Assembly (NCBI GenBank): GCA_963700145.1
Contig: OY969474.1
Coordinates: 4,352,001-4,416,000, forward strand
Direction: 5' to 3'
Length of the DNA: 64,000 nucleotides
Origin: an uncultured Acidobacteriota bacterium
GTDB taxonomy: Bacteria; Acidobacteriota; Thermoanaerobaculia; Multivoradales; UBA5704
A program made the position numbers and the translations under genes. Positions within the stretch are counted from its first letter, which is position 1, and every line of letters begins with the position of its first letter. Positions 20,830 through 29,463 of the stretch are shown here, piece by piece. A model generated the notes under the pieces. It was not told the origin of the DNA. It was given only the letters and a program-made list of their open reading frames with translations, and made no database searches.

Positions 20830-21807
20830 ATGCAGGTGGAAGTGTCGGTCGTCGTCCCGACGTACAACCGGCTGGACGTTCTCCCGGAGGTCCTCGCGGC
20901 GCTGGAGGCGCAGGCGGGGGGGCCTTCGTTCGAGGTGGTGGTGGTGGACGACGGCTCGACCGACGGCACCGGCGATTTCCTCGCGGCACGCCGGTTCCGG
21001 ATGCCGGCGCGGGTGCTGCGGCAGGAGAACCGCGGGCCCGCCGTGGCGCGCAACACCGGCGTCGCCGTCGCGCGCGGCCGCTGGGTGGCCTTCCTGGGGG
21101 ACGACACCGTCCCCGAGAGCGGCTGGCTCGCCGCCCATCGCGCTGCCCACCGCGCCCGCGGCGACGCCCCCAACCTCGCCGTCATCGGCTACACCGCCTG
21201 GCACCCGCGCCTCCGCCTCAACCTCTTCCTGCGCTACATCAACGACCACGGCCTCCAGTTCGGCTACGCCTTGATCGACCGCCCCGAAGCCGTGCCCTTC
21301 AACTTCTTCTACACCTCCAACCTCTCCCTGCCGCGCGACCTCCTCCTCGCCGAGCCCTTCGACACCCGCTTCCCCTACCCGGCGTGGGAGGACATCGAGT
21401 GCGCCTACCGCTTGCAGCGGCGGGGGTTGCGGCTGGTCTACGAGCCGCGCGCCGTGGTCGCGCACGACCATCCCACCGACCTCGCCCGCTTCGCCGAGCG
21501 GCAGGAGAAGGCCGGCTACTGCGCCGTCGTCTTCCACGCCCTCCATCCCGAGCTCGGCGGCTTCCTCGGCCTCGGGCCGGACGGGCCGCCGCCGCTCCCC
21601 CCCGCCGGCCGCCAGCGGCTGGTGGAAACCCTGGTGCGCAGCTTGCAGAATTGGCCAATCAAGCTCCCGCGACTCTGGGACGAAATGCTCCGCTACCACT
21701 ACATCCGCGGCCTCCGCCGCGGGTGGTCCGAGCGGGCGGGCGACCGAGCCGGTGAGCGAAAGGAGGCATTCCATGCGTCACCCACGACGAGCGCCGCGGC
21801 CTCGTAG
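20830..21807 (+). CDS. Glycosyltransferase family 2
   Basis: SVVVPTYNR, VVDDGSTDGT, GPAVARN, FLGDD, WEDIE. Confidence 0.88.
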   Translation: MQVEVSVVVPTYNRLDVLPEVLAALEAQAGGPSFEVVVVDDGSTDGTGDFLAARRFRMPARVLRQENRGPAVARNTGVAVARGRWVAFLGDDTVPESGWLAAHRAAHRARGDAPNLAVIGYTAWHPRLRLNLFLRYINDHGLQFGYALIDRPEAVPFNFFYTSNLSLPRDLLLAEPFDTRFPYPAWEDIECAYRLQRRGLRLVYEPRAVVAHDHPTDLARFAERQEKAGYCAVVFHALHPELGGFLGLGPDGPPPLPPAGRQRLVETLVRSLQNWPIKLPRLWDEMLRYHYIRGLRRGWSERAGDRAGERKEAFHASPTTSAAAS

Positions 21808-22975
21808 CGCCGCCGCGGTCGCGCCGATCCTGTTCGTCTCCCTGCTCCTGCCGGCGGCGGCGGTCGCCGCCGACCGCGAGACCCCGCGCGCCATCTCGCG
21901 CGAAGGCAGCCCCGCCGCGCGCTCCTCCTCCGGCGACCGCTCCCCGACCCGCTCGGCGCCGTCGCAGCCGGTCGCCCGCAGCGGCGACCGCACGCCGAGC
22001 GGCGGCTCCGGCGGCAGCTCCGCCGCGCGCGTCCCCGACGATCGCCGCGGCGACCGCCGCGACCGCGCCGAGGCGCGCCACCGCTGGGGCGGCGGCGGCC
22101 GGCACCACGGCTACTACCCCTACTACGGCGGTTGGTACGGCAGCGGCTGGTACGGCGGCTTCTGGACCAGCCTCCTGTTCGACTTCTACGGGCCCTGGTC
22201 CTACCACGCGCCCTACGGCTACGGCCATGGCTACGGCCATGGCGGCTACCGCAGCGGCCGCGCCTGGGACGGCGAGGACTGGGGCGCTCTCGACCTCGAC
22301 GTCTCGCCGGCCAAGACCGAGGTCTTCCTCGACGGCCAGTACCTCGGCCGCGTCGACGCCTTCGACGGCTTCCCGCAGTACCTCTGGCTGGAAGAGGGCA
22401 CCTACGACCTGGTCCTCTACAGGGACGGCTACAAGACGATCGCGCGCCAGGTCACCGTGCTGCCCGGGGTGGTCATCGAGGTGGACCACAACCTCGAGCC
22501 CGGAGAGTCGGTGCGACCCGAAAACCTGGCCTCCACGTCCCACGAGCGCCGCGACCGGCGGCTGCGCTACGAGCGCGAGGCGCGCGAGCGGGTGCGCGAG
22601 ATGGAGGGCGAGGACATGGAGGGTGAGGACGAGGACGAAGAGGAGATGGACGGCGGCGACACCCAGGTCGAGATGGAAGCCGAGGCCGAGGCCGACGAAG
22701 GCGACACGCGGTTCGAGCGACGGCGAGAGCGCGACCGCGCCGAAGTCGGGCGGGTGCGGCTCGAGGTCGAGCCGGACGACGCTTCGGTCTACCTCGACGG
22801 ACGCTTCCTCGGCACCGGCGCCGAGATCGGGCGCCTCCACGCCGGCCTCATCCTCGACCACGGCGCGCACAAGATCTCGGTGGTGCGTCCCGGCTACCGG
22901 GCGCGCGAGCTGAGCTTCGACGTCAAGGAAGGGGAGGAGCTGGAGCTCGAGGTCAGTCTGGAGCCGGGGAACTAG
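21773..22975 (+). CDS. Secreted PEGA-domain protein with Gly/Tyr-rich segment and acidic linker
   Basis: AGGAGG before ATG 21773; signal peptide; two PEGA-like repeats (VSPAKTEVFLDGQYLG; VEPDDASVYLDGRFLG). Confidence 0.75.
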   Translation: MRHPRRAPRPRSAAAVAPILFVSLLLPAAAVAADRETPRAISREGSPAARSSSGDRSPTRSAPSQPVARSGDRTPSGGSGGSSAARVPDDRRGDRRDRAEARHRWGGGGRHHGYYPYYGGWYGSGWYGGFWTSLLFDFYGPWSYHAPYGYGHGYGHGGYRSGRAWDGEDWGALDLDVSPAKTEVFLDGQYLGRVDAFDGFPQYLWLEEGTYDLVLYRDGYKTIARQVTVLPGVVIEVDHNLEPGESVRPENLASTSHERRDRRLRYEREARERVREMEGEDMEGEDEDEEEMDGGDTQVEMEAEAEADEGDTRFERRRERDRAEVGRVRLEVEPDDASVYLDGRFLGTGAEIGRLHAGLILDHGAHKISVVRPGYRARELSFDVKEGEELELEVSLEPGN

Positions 22976-23029
22976 ACGCGAAGGCTTTCGCGCCGGGCTC
23001 CGAAAAACTCGGCGGGCAGGGGCGCGGCG

Positions 23030-23584
23030 TCACTCGACGCTCAGCCCCTGCTCCTCCATCTTCAACAGCCAGACCTTCTTCCGCGTGCCGCCGACGTAGC
23101 TGCCGACGCCGGCGCGGTTGGTCACCACGCGGTGGCAAGGGACGATGATCGGCAGCGGGTTCTCCGACAGCACCGCCAGCACCTGGCGGTAGGCCTCGGG
23201 GCGCCCGGCCCCTTCCGCCACCATCCGGTACGTGCGCGTCTTGCCGTAGGGGATCTTCGCCGTCTCGCGCAGCACCCGCCGCGCGAACGGCTCGAGGCCG
23301 CAGGCGGCGAGGTCGAACTCCACGTCCAGCTTGCGCCGCGCGCCCGCGAAGTACTCGGCGAAGCGGCCGCAGACCTCCTCCAGGAAGTCGGCGCCGTCCA
23401 CCTTGCCGAGCTTCTGCAGGGGGGTGAAGGCGCGCCGCTCGGCGGCCGGCGGATCGATGCGGACGCGGGTCAAGGCCTGGCCGGCGAGCTCGAGGCCGAG
23501 CAGCCCGACCGGCGAAGGCATCAGGACGCGCGCGGTGGGCGGCGGGACCGCCTCCGGCGCCTCGGCCTCGTGGACCTCGGGCAT
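23030..23584 (-). CDS. ogt: Methylated-DNA--protein-cysteine S-methyltransferase
   Basis: IPYGKTRTY, NPLPIIVPCHRVV; TAACCT -10-like box 6 nt upstream of the ATG. Confidence 0.9.
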   Translation of the reverse strand: MPEVHEAEAPEAVPPPTARVLMPSPVGLLGLELAGQALTRVRIDPPAAERRAFTPLQKLGKVDGADFLEEVCGRFAEYFAGARRKLDVEFDLAACGLEPFARRVLRETAKIPYGKTRTYRMVAEGAGRPEAYRQVLAVLSENPLPIIVPCHRVVTNRAGVGSYVGGTRKKVWLLKMEEQGLSVE

Positions 23585-23660
23585 GGGGTGAGGTTATGCA
23601 CAAGGCCGCGCCGGGCGCAACCCGAGAGGGATCGGCGCCCGGCAGGGCCCCGGGGGGAGG

Positions 23661-23936
23661 CTAGCTGCGCTTGGAGGAGCGGCCCTTGGCGCCGCCCGAC
23701 GTGCCGCCCGATCTCTTGGGCGACGACTTCTTGCTCGCGCTGCTCTTGCTCGCCGCCGCCGACTTCTTCTTCGCCTTCGAGCGTTTGCGCGCCGCGGCCG
23801 CCACGGCGAGCCCCGCCGCCGCCAACCCTGCCGCTGCCGCGGCCGCCGTGGCGACCTTCTTGGCGCCCGAGCGCTTCTTGCCGGCGCTGCTCTTGGCGGT
23901 CCCTCCAGCCGAGGATTTCTTCGTCGCCACTCTCAC
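23661..23936 (-). CDS. Small Lys/Ala/Ser-rich basic protein with central hydrophobic segment
   Basis: Strong SD AAGGAGGT upstream; KKS-rich termini flanking VATAAAAAAGLAAAGLAVAAAA; start may be the second GTG (23930). Confidence 0.7.
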   Translation of the reverse strand: MRVATKKSSAGGTAKSSAGKKRSGAKKVATAAAAAAGLAAAGLAVAAAARKRSKAKKKSAAASKSSASKKSSPKRSGGTSGGAKGRSSKRS

Positions 23937-24100
23937 ACCTCCTTTTCGGTCATTGGAGCTGGTCGTTCGCGCGAGCGCCGCGCGGCGTGAACGACATCCG
24001 CTAGCGCTCGGCGAGATCGCGCGTCAAAAACAGCAAGAAGCGTGCCTCGCGCGCTTTCGCACGCGGGCACGCCGAGGTGTCGCGAGCGGGGTGAAGCGGA

Positions 24101-24670
24101 TTACCAGCGGCCGCGCAGGCCGAGGTAGATCTTCCCTTGGATGTCGTCGGTGGCGTCCTGCACGAGGTCGAAGCGCCCGGTGCCGAACGCGCTCCAGCTG
24201 TCGCTGACGTAGAGGTCGATGCCGAACTGCGCGTTGGCGCCGAACTTCGTCTCGGTGTCGTCGCCGGGCAGCCCGAGCAGCTCGGCGTCGATCCAGTGGA
24301 TGCCGGCGCCGACGCCGAAGAAGCTGTCGACGGCGCCGAGCGGCAGCACACCGACCAGGTTCACGCCGGCGAGCAGGTCGCTGGCGCCGCTGTCGCCGTC
24401 CTCCCAGTAGCCGACCTCGGGCTCGAGGTAGCCGTCGATGCCCCCGGCCTGCCTGCCGCGACCCTCGTCGCGGCCGGCCGCGAAGCGCAGCGCCGCCGTG
24501 AAGTAGGTCTCGACGTCGTCGGCCGGCTCCACCAGCCCGACCCCGATCGCCAGCGCGAAGTCGTCGCGGTCGTCGTCGTATTCGTCGTCGTCATCCTGGG
24601 CGAACGCGGGGGCTCCCGCCAGCAACATGGTCACCGCGAGCGCGGCGGTCAACGTGGTCCAGCGCTTCAT
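24101..24670 (-). CDS. Outer-membrane beta-barrel protein (OmpA/OmpW-like small barrel)
   Basis: SD GGAGG; signal peptide ending AFA; alternating hydrophobic strands; C-terminal aromatic (YLGLRGRW). Confidence 0.75.
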   Translation of the reverse strand: MKRWTTLTAALAVTMLLAGAPAFAQDDDDEYDDDRDDFALAIGVGLVEPADDVETYFTAALRFAAGRDEGRGRQAGGIDGYLEPEVGYWEDGDSGASDLLAGVNLVGVLPLGAVDSFFGVGAGIHWIDAELLGLPGDDTETKFGANAQFGIDLYVSDSWSAFGTGRFDLVQDATDDIQGKIYLGLRGRW

Positions 24671-24793
24671 GTTTTCCCTCCTTCCACGGAACGACCCCGG
24701 ACGCCCGCACGGCCCCGCCGATGCGTGTTCCGAAGGCTCATTTGGCGATCAACGACGCAATGTTATCACGCCAGCGGAGGAACCCTCCGCGTG

Positions 24794-25768
24794 TCATGCC
24801 GCGGCCGCTTCTAGGTCGGCCAGGATCGCCTCCCGCACGCGCGGCAGGTGCTCGAGACCGTCGGGATAGGTCAGGCGCTTGACCGGCACCGCGACGGCCA
24901 GTCGCGCGAGGACGTCGAAGCGCCGGGGCTGCCAGCCGGCGGCCTCGACGAGCGCGCCGACGAACGAGTGGCGGACGAGCTCGATCAGCGCGGCGCGCGG
25001 CGCCAGGGCCTCCACCTCGACGCCCCCGGCCGCGCCGGGACGCCGGACGGGCAGGTAGAAGCCGGACAGGGGCCGCTCGGCCGCCTCGAAGGCGCCGAAG
25101 CCGCCGGCGCCGACGGGCACGCGCAGCTTCGGGGAATCGCGGTGCACGCGCGGCAAGCGCGCCGCCGGACCGCAGAAGCGCTCCGCCGCCGCCGGCCAGA
25201 GGCGCATCTGGGGGTAGCCGTGGCGGCCGGAGAAGCCGCCGGGGCCCGGCTCGACGGCGAGGACGTCGTCGGTCAGCAGCGGCAGGCCCCCGTCCATCAT
25301 CGCCGCGGCGAGCGAGCTCTTGCCGCCACCGTTGCGGGAGAGGAAGCCGACCGTCCGCCCGCCGGCCGCCACCACCGCCGCGGCATGGAGGCTGGGCACC
25401 CCGGCGCGCTCGAGCCAGCAGGACAGGACCGTGCCGAGCAGGTGGACCTCCACCGGCCCGAGGTCGTCCGGGTCGGCGGTGTGGCAGACGATCCCGTCGG
25501 CGCCGAGGTGGAAGTCGCCGACGCCCGGGAAGCGCAGGAGGTCGCCCGCCGCGAGCCGGTAGAACGAGCAGTTGCTCTCGCCCCGCGCGGTGCGGAAGCG
25601 GCTGGCGTAGACCGGCGCCGGCAGCTCGTCCGGGGCCGGCGGCGCGCCGGCGCAGGTGAAGGTCAGGTCGGGCGGGCCGGCGCCCGCCGGCAGGCAGCTG
25701 GCGAAGGGGAAATCGCTCGCCAGGACGAGACCGAAGAGGCGGTACGTCCGCCAGGGTCGCTCGCTCAT
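24794..25768 (-). CDS. HPr kinase-related P-loop kinase (RiPP-associated)
   Basis: LHAAAV, Walker-A-like RNGGGKSS, LLTDDVL, MRLWP; ATG 25768 overlaps the upstream TGA. Confidence 0.8.
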   Translation of the reverse strand: MSERPWRTYRLFGLVLASDFPFASCLPAGAGPPDLTFTCAGAPPAPDELPAPVYASRFRTARGESNCSFYRLAAGDLLRFPGVGDFHLGADGIVCHTADPDDLGPVEVHLLGTVLSCWLERAGVPSLHAAAVVAAGGRTVGFLSRNGGGKSSLAAAMMDGGLPLLTDDVLAVEPGPGGFSGRHGYPQMRLWPAAAERFCGPAARLPRVHRDSPKLRVPVGAGGFGAFEAAERPLSGFYLPVRRPGAAGGVEVEALAPRAALIELVRHSFVGALVEAAGWQPRRFDVLARLAVAVPVKRLTYPDGLEHLPRVREAILADLEAAAA

Positions 25769-27462
25769 GCCGCGTACCGCCGCAGCCAGGCCTCCAGGGT
25801 GAGCGTGTGCCAGAAGCGGGCGCTGCGGCTGCGCCCGGCCAGGTAGTCGCCGTAGGCCTCGCGCAGCCGGCGCTCGTCGACGAAGCCCATCCTCGCCGCG
25901 CGCATGCCGGTCATCAGCGCCCAGGCCTTCGCCCGCTCGCGCTCGCGCAGGCCGCGCCGGAAGATGGCTTCGGGATAGGTCTTGCCCCGGCGGTCGAGCA
26001 CCGCGTCGGGAAGACGGCCGCGCATCGCGCGGCGCACGATCTCTTTCCGCCGGCCGGCGGCGAAGGACTGATCGGTGGGGAGGGCGGCGGCGAAATCGAA
26101 CAGCCGGTGGTCGAGCAGCGGATGGCGGAAGTCGATGCCGTACTCCGCCGCCTGCCGGGTGACCTGTGCGGCGACGACCGGCAGCAGCGGGTCGCGCAGC
26201 TGCCGCAGCCGCTCGCGGCGCCCGGGGAGGAGCCGCCGCGGCAGCGGCGGAGGCTCCGCCGGCGCCTCCCGCCGCAACCGCTCGCCCAGCCACGGCACCG
26301 GCGGCGATCGCCGGCGCTCGCGCGCCGGGATGTAGGCGTTGGCGATCGGCGCAAGCGTCATCCAGCGCACGAGCTGGAGCGCCGTCAGCTCCGAGTGCCG
26401 CGCCTGGTCCCGGACCTCGGCGGCGAGCCGCCGCCAGCGGCCGGTCAGCAGGAGGTCGGGGTAGGAGAAGACCTCCCCCCCGAAGAGCGTGTCGCCGCTC
26501 AAGCCCGAGAAGAGGACGCTCACCCCGTGCTCACGCACGCTGTGGAAGGTCGCCTCCCAGAGTCCGGCGTAGGAGTTGGCGAGCGGCGTGGCCGGCTCGG
26601 GGCGGATGCCGGGGTCGCCGCGCAGCGGCCAGTGCTGATCGCCGGCGATGGTGACGCTGCGGCAGCCCAGCCGCGCGCAGACGGCCGCGATCGCCGCGCT
26701 CTCGTCGGCCTCCGGCAGCTCCGGCGCGATCCAGGAGAAGGCGGTGCAGACGGCGGCCGGCGCGGCCTCGCGGATCGCCGCAGCGATGGTCGGGGAGTCC
26801 AGCCCGCCGCTCAGGGTCACTCCCACTTCGCCGGGCGGCGTGTACTCGGCGGCGATCGGCAGCAAGAGATCGCGGAAGGCTTCGGCGTAGGCGGCGTCGT
26901 CGCGCAGGCGGAGGGCCGGCCGCGGCCCGGGCCGCCAGTAGACCTCGCTCGCGATGCGGTCGCGCGTCGCCGTGAGCAGCCCGCCGGGCTCGACGGCGGA
27001 GATCCCGCGATAGAAGGTCTCGCCCGGCGCCGGGGCCCGCCCGTGGAGCTGCGCCAGCACCGCGCGTGGATTGACCTCCGGCCGCGCCACCGCGAGGAGG
27101 GGCTCGACGCCGCCGGCCAGCTGCAGCGTGCCGTCCGCCTCGCGGTAGCAGAGCTCGTGCACCCCCAGGCGGTCGCGCACGGCGAGCAGCCGCCCGCGGT
27201 CGCCGTCCCAGAGGACCCAGGCGAACGGCCCGTAGACGAGACGGGGAGCCTCGCTCCCGTAGCGCTCGTAGAGGGCGACCGCTAGCTTGAGGTCGGAGAG
27301 CGCGGCCGGCGCGCCGAGCCGCGCCAGCAGCTCGCGCCGGTTGGCGATGAACCCCGCCGACCAGAGGCCGCTCAGCCCGGCCGGCGCGGGCGCGCCGCGC
27401 TCCCACGAGATCAGGGACGGCGGTGCGGCGCGGCTCGCGGCGAGCGGAGCGCTGGTCGGCAT
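25765..27462 (-). CDS. Asparagine-synthetase-like lasso cyclase homolog 2 (no N-terminal Ntn Cys)
   Basis: IANRRELL, RDRLG, LSGGLDS, SGLSGDTLF, RHPLLDHRL, RRAMRGRLPDAVLDRRGK. Confidence 0.82.
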   Translation of the reverse strand: MPTSAPLAASRAAPPSLISWERGAPAPAGLSGLWSAGFIANRRELLARLGAPAALSDLKLAVALYERYGSEAPRLVYGPFAWVLWDGDRGRLLAVRDRLGVHELCYREADGTLQLAGGVEPLLAVARPEVNPRAVLAQLHGRAPAPGETFYRGISAVEPGGLLTATRDRIASEVYWRPGPRPALRLRDDAAYAEAFRDLLLPIAAEYTPPGEVGVTLSGGLDSPTIAAAIREAAPAAVCTAFSWIAPELPEADESAAIAAVCARLGCRSVTIAGDQHWPLRGDPGIRPEPATPLANSYAGLWEATFHSVREHGVSVLFSGLSGDTLFGGEVFSYPDLLLTGRWRRLAAEVRDQARHSELTALQLVRWMTLAPIANAYIPARERRRSPPVPWLGERLRREAPAEPPPLPRRLLPGRRERLRQLRDPLLPVVAAQVTRQAAEYGIDFRHPLLDHRLFDFAAALPTDQSFAAGRRKEIVRRAMRGRLPDAVLDRRGKTYPEAIFRRGLRERERAKAWALMTGMRAARMGFVDERRLREAYGDYLAGRSRSARFWHTLTLEAWLRRYAA

Positions 27463-27468
27463 CGGCCG

Positions 27469-27657
27469 TCAGCCGGTCTGGGTGCTCCCGCCGACGATCG
27501 AGTCGGCGGGCGGGTCGTTGGCGCCGGAGAGCGTGAGCTCGCGCAGGCTGCCGTAGATCACCAGCTCCGGCGGCAGGTACGGCTTGCGCGGTCGTCCACC
27601 GGCTGCCGTGCGCGCCGCGGTCTCGTCCCTGGGGTGCCGATCGTCGGGTGCGGTCAT
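27469..27657 (-). CDS. Lasso-peptide-type RiPP precursor (62 aa)
   Basis: MTAPDDRHPRDETAARTAAGGRPRKPYLPPELVIYGSLRELTL-SGANDPPADSIVGGSTQTG; leader YxxPxLxxxGxxxxxT with Thr at -2; Asp at core position 9; ATGA-coupled to the upstream cyclase. Confidence 0.85.
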   Translation of the reverse strand: MTAPDDRHPRDETAARTAAGGRPRKPYLPPELVIYGSLRELTLSGANDPPADSIVGGSTQTG

Positions 27658-29453
27658 CGCGGGATCTCGGAGGAAGAGGCCAGCCTGCCGCTCGCCAGCA
27701 GCCAGCCTTCGGCGGTGAGGAGTTGCCAGAGCCGCGGCGGGAGGGTCTCCGGCGATGCGCTCTGGCGATAGTCGGCGAGGAGCCGGGCGCCGTCGACCAG
27801 GCCGAGCTCCGCGAGGCGCGAGCCGGTGAGGAGCCGCTCGACGGTCGGCCGGGCGCCGGCGAGCAAGCCGCGCGTCCGCAGCGTCGAGCGGCCGCGGCGC
27901 TTCGCCGCCCTGGCGGCGAGGATCGGGGCCGGCAGCTGCCCCGCCATCGCCGCCCGCAGCAGCGGCTTGGCGGGGTGCGCCGCCGCCAGCGCGCGGTCGG
28001 GCAGGGCGAGCACCAGCGCGGCGAGCTCGGGGTCGTGCCAGGGGGCCTCGATGCGCACCCCGCAGCGCCGGCTCAGGCGATCGAAGCGCTCGAGGGCGGC
28101 GGTGTTCGCCGGGCTGGCGAGGGCCGTGCGGCGGAAGCGGTCGCGCGAGGCGAAGACCCGCCAGGAGGCGGCCGGGCGGTCGAAGCCGGCCTCCGCCGCC
28201 AGCCGCCTGCCGGCCGGCGTCAGCCAGTCGGGCCAGCGCGGCCGCCGCACCAGCGTGCGGACCTCGCGCAGCAGCCCCGCGTGGCGCGGTCCGACCTTGC
28301 GCCAGCGGCGCCAGAGCGCGTCGAAGCGGCCGCGTAGGAGGAGCGCCAGCTCCGGCGCCAGCCAGCCGGCCACCGGGTCGCCGCCGATGCCGTTCATCAG
28401 CACGCTGACCCCTTCCTGCCGGGCGGCCTCGAGCGTCGCCAGCAGGAGGTCGGGGAAGGCGTTGGTCTCGGGGTCGCTGGGGTCGGCGTAGGCCTCCGGG
28501 TAGCGGCTGAGCGGCCAGAGCGCGTCCGCCTCGACGGCGTGCTCGACCATGTTGGCGCGGCTGCGGACGAGGGTGCGGCTGAGCGGCGTCTCGTCGATGC
28601 CGTCGCCGCTCGGCGAGGTCCAGGTGAAGGCATAGAGCCGCCGCCCGCGCCGCTCCAGGGCGCCGGCCGCCTGCGCCGCGACGCTCGTCGAATCGAGACC
28701 GCCGGAGAGGAGCACGCCGGTCTCGCCCTGCCGGGCCAGCCGGCGCTCCACGGCCTCGCCGAGCCGGCGGGCGAGCTCCGGCGCCGCGTCCGCGCCGTTC
28801 CAGCTCGCGGCCTCGACGGTCGTCCAGTCCCAGTAGCGGTCGAGCTCGATCCCCTCCGCGGTCACTTTCACCTGGCAGCCCTCGGGGACCCGGTGCACCT
28901 GCGCGAAGTAGCTCCAGGTGGGCTCGGCCGGCGCGCCGAGGAGGTAGGCGAGGAGGCGCGCCCGGTGCGGCTCGCCGCCGATCCGGCCGGAGGCGACCAG
29001 CTGCGCCGGCTCGGAGGCGAACAGGAAGCCCTCGCCGGTGTCGCACCAGTAGAGGCCGCGCTCGCCGCTGCGGTCGCGCAGCAGCAGGAGCTTGCGCGCC
29101 GCCCGATCGTAGAGGGCGGCGGCGTAGGCGCCGCGCAGGTGGCGGTGCCACCGCTCGCCCCAGCGCCCGTAGGCCGCGGCCATCAGGCGCTCGTCGCTCG
29201 TCGTCGCGTCGAGAGCGAGGGCGCGGAGGAGCTCGTCGCGGTTGTCGAGGCGGGCGTCGGCGGCGAGGAGGACCGCTCCGGGGCCGCGCCCGGCGGTCGG
29301 GCCGGCCGGCGCGAGCGTAGCGAAGGCCGCGCCCTCCGCCGTCTCCGTCCGCACCGCCGACCGGTCCATGCGGTCCAGCCCCATCATGCGGTCGAGCACC
29401 GCGGCGGCGACCGGCGCCCCCGCGAAGCTGACCAGGCCGCAGAGGGCGCTCAA
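27654..29453 (-). CDS. Asparagine-synthetase-like lasso cyclase homolog 1
   Basis: Likely TTG start (MSALCGLVSF), DARLDNRDEL, RDRSG, FASE, LSGGLDS, NGIGGD, KPLLRAAM. Confidence 0.82.
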   Translation of the reverse strand: MSALCGLVSFAGAPVAAAVLDRMMGLDRMDRSAVRTETAEGAAFATLAPAGPTAGRGPGAVLLAADARLDNRDELLRALALDATTSDERLMAAAYGRWGERWHRHLRGAYAAALYDRAARKLLLLRDRSGERGLYWCDTGEGFLFASEPAQLVASGRIGGEPHRARLLAYLLGAPAEPTWSYFAQVHRVPEGCQVKVTAEGIELDRYWDWTTVEAASWNGADAAPELARRLGEAVERRLARQGETGVLLSGGLDSTSVAAQAAGALERRGRRLYAFTWTSPSGDGIDETPLSRTLVRSRANMVEHAVEADALWPLSRYPEAYADPSDPETNAFPDLLLATLEAARQEGVSVLMNGIGGDPVAGWLAPELALLLRGRFDALWRRWRKVGPRHAGLLREVRTLVRRPRWPDWLTPAGRRLAAEAGFDRPAASWRVFASRDRFRRTALASPANTAALERFDRLSRRCGVRIEAPWHDPELAALVLALPDRALAAAHPAKPLLRAAMAGQLPAPILAARAAKRRGRSTLRTRGLLAGARPTVERLLTGSRLAELGLVDGARLLADYRQSASPETLPPRLWQLLTAEGWLLASGRLASSSEIPR

Positions 29454-29463
29454 CCGGGGGCGG

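Noticed and set aside
22110-22260. Gly/Tyr/His-rich repeats (GYGHGYGH) as a separate RiPP or repeat element
   Set aside because: This is an in-frame low-complexity segment of the PEGA protein.
22977-23012. Short hairpins between the convergent PEGA and ogt genes as a terminator
   Set aside because: The stems are only 4-7 bp with no convincing U-tract.
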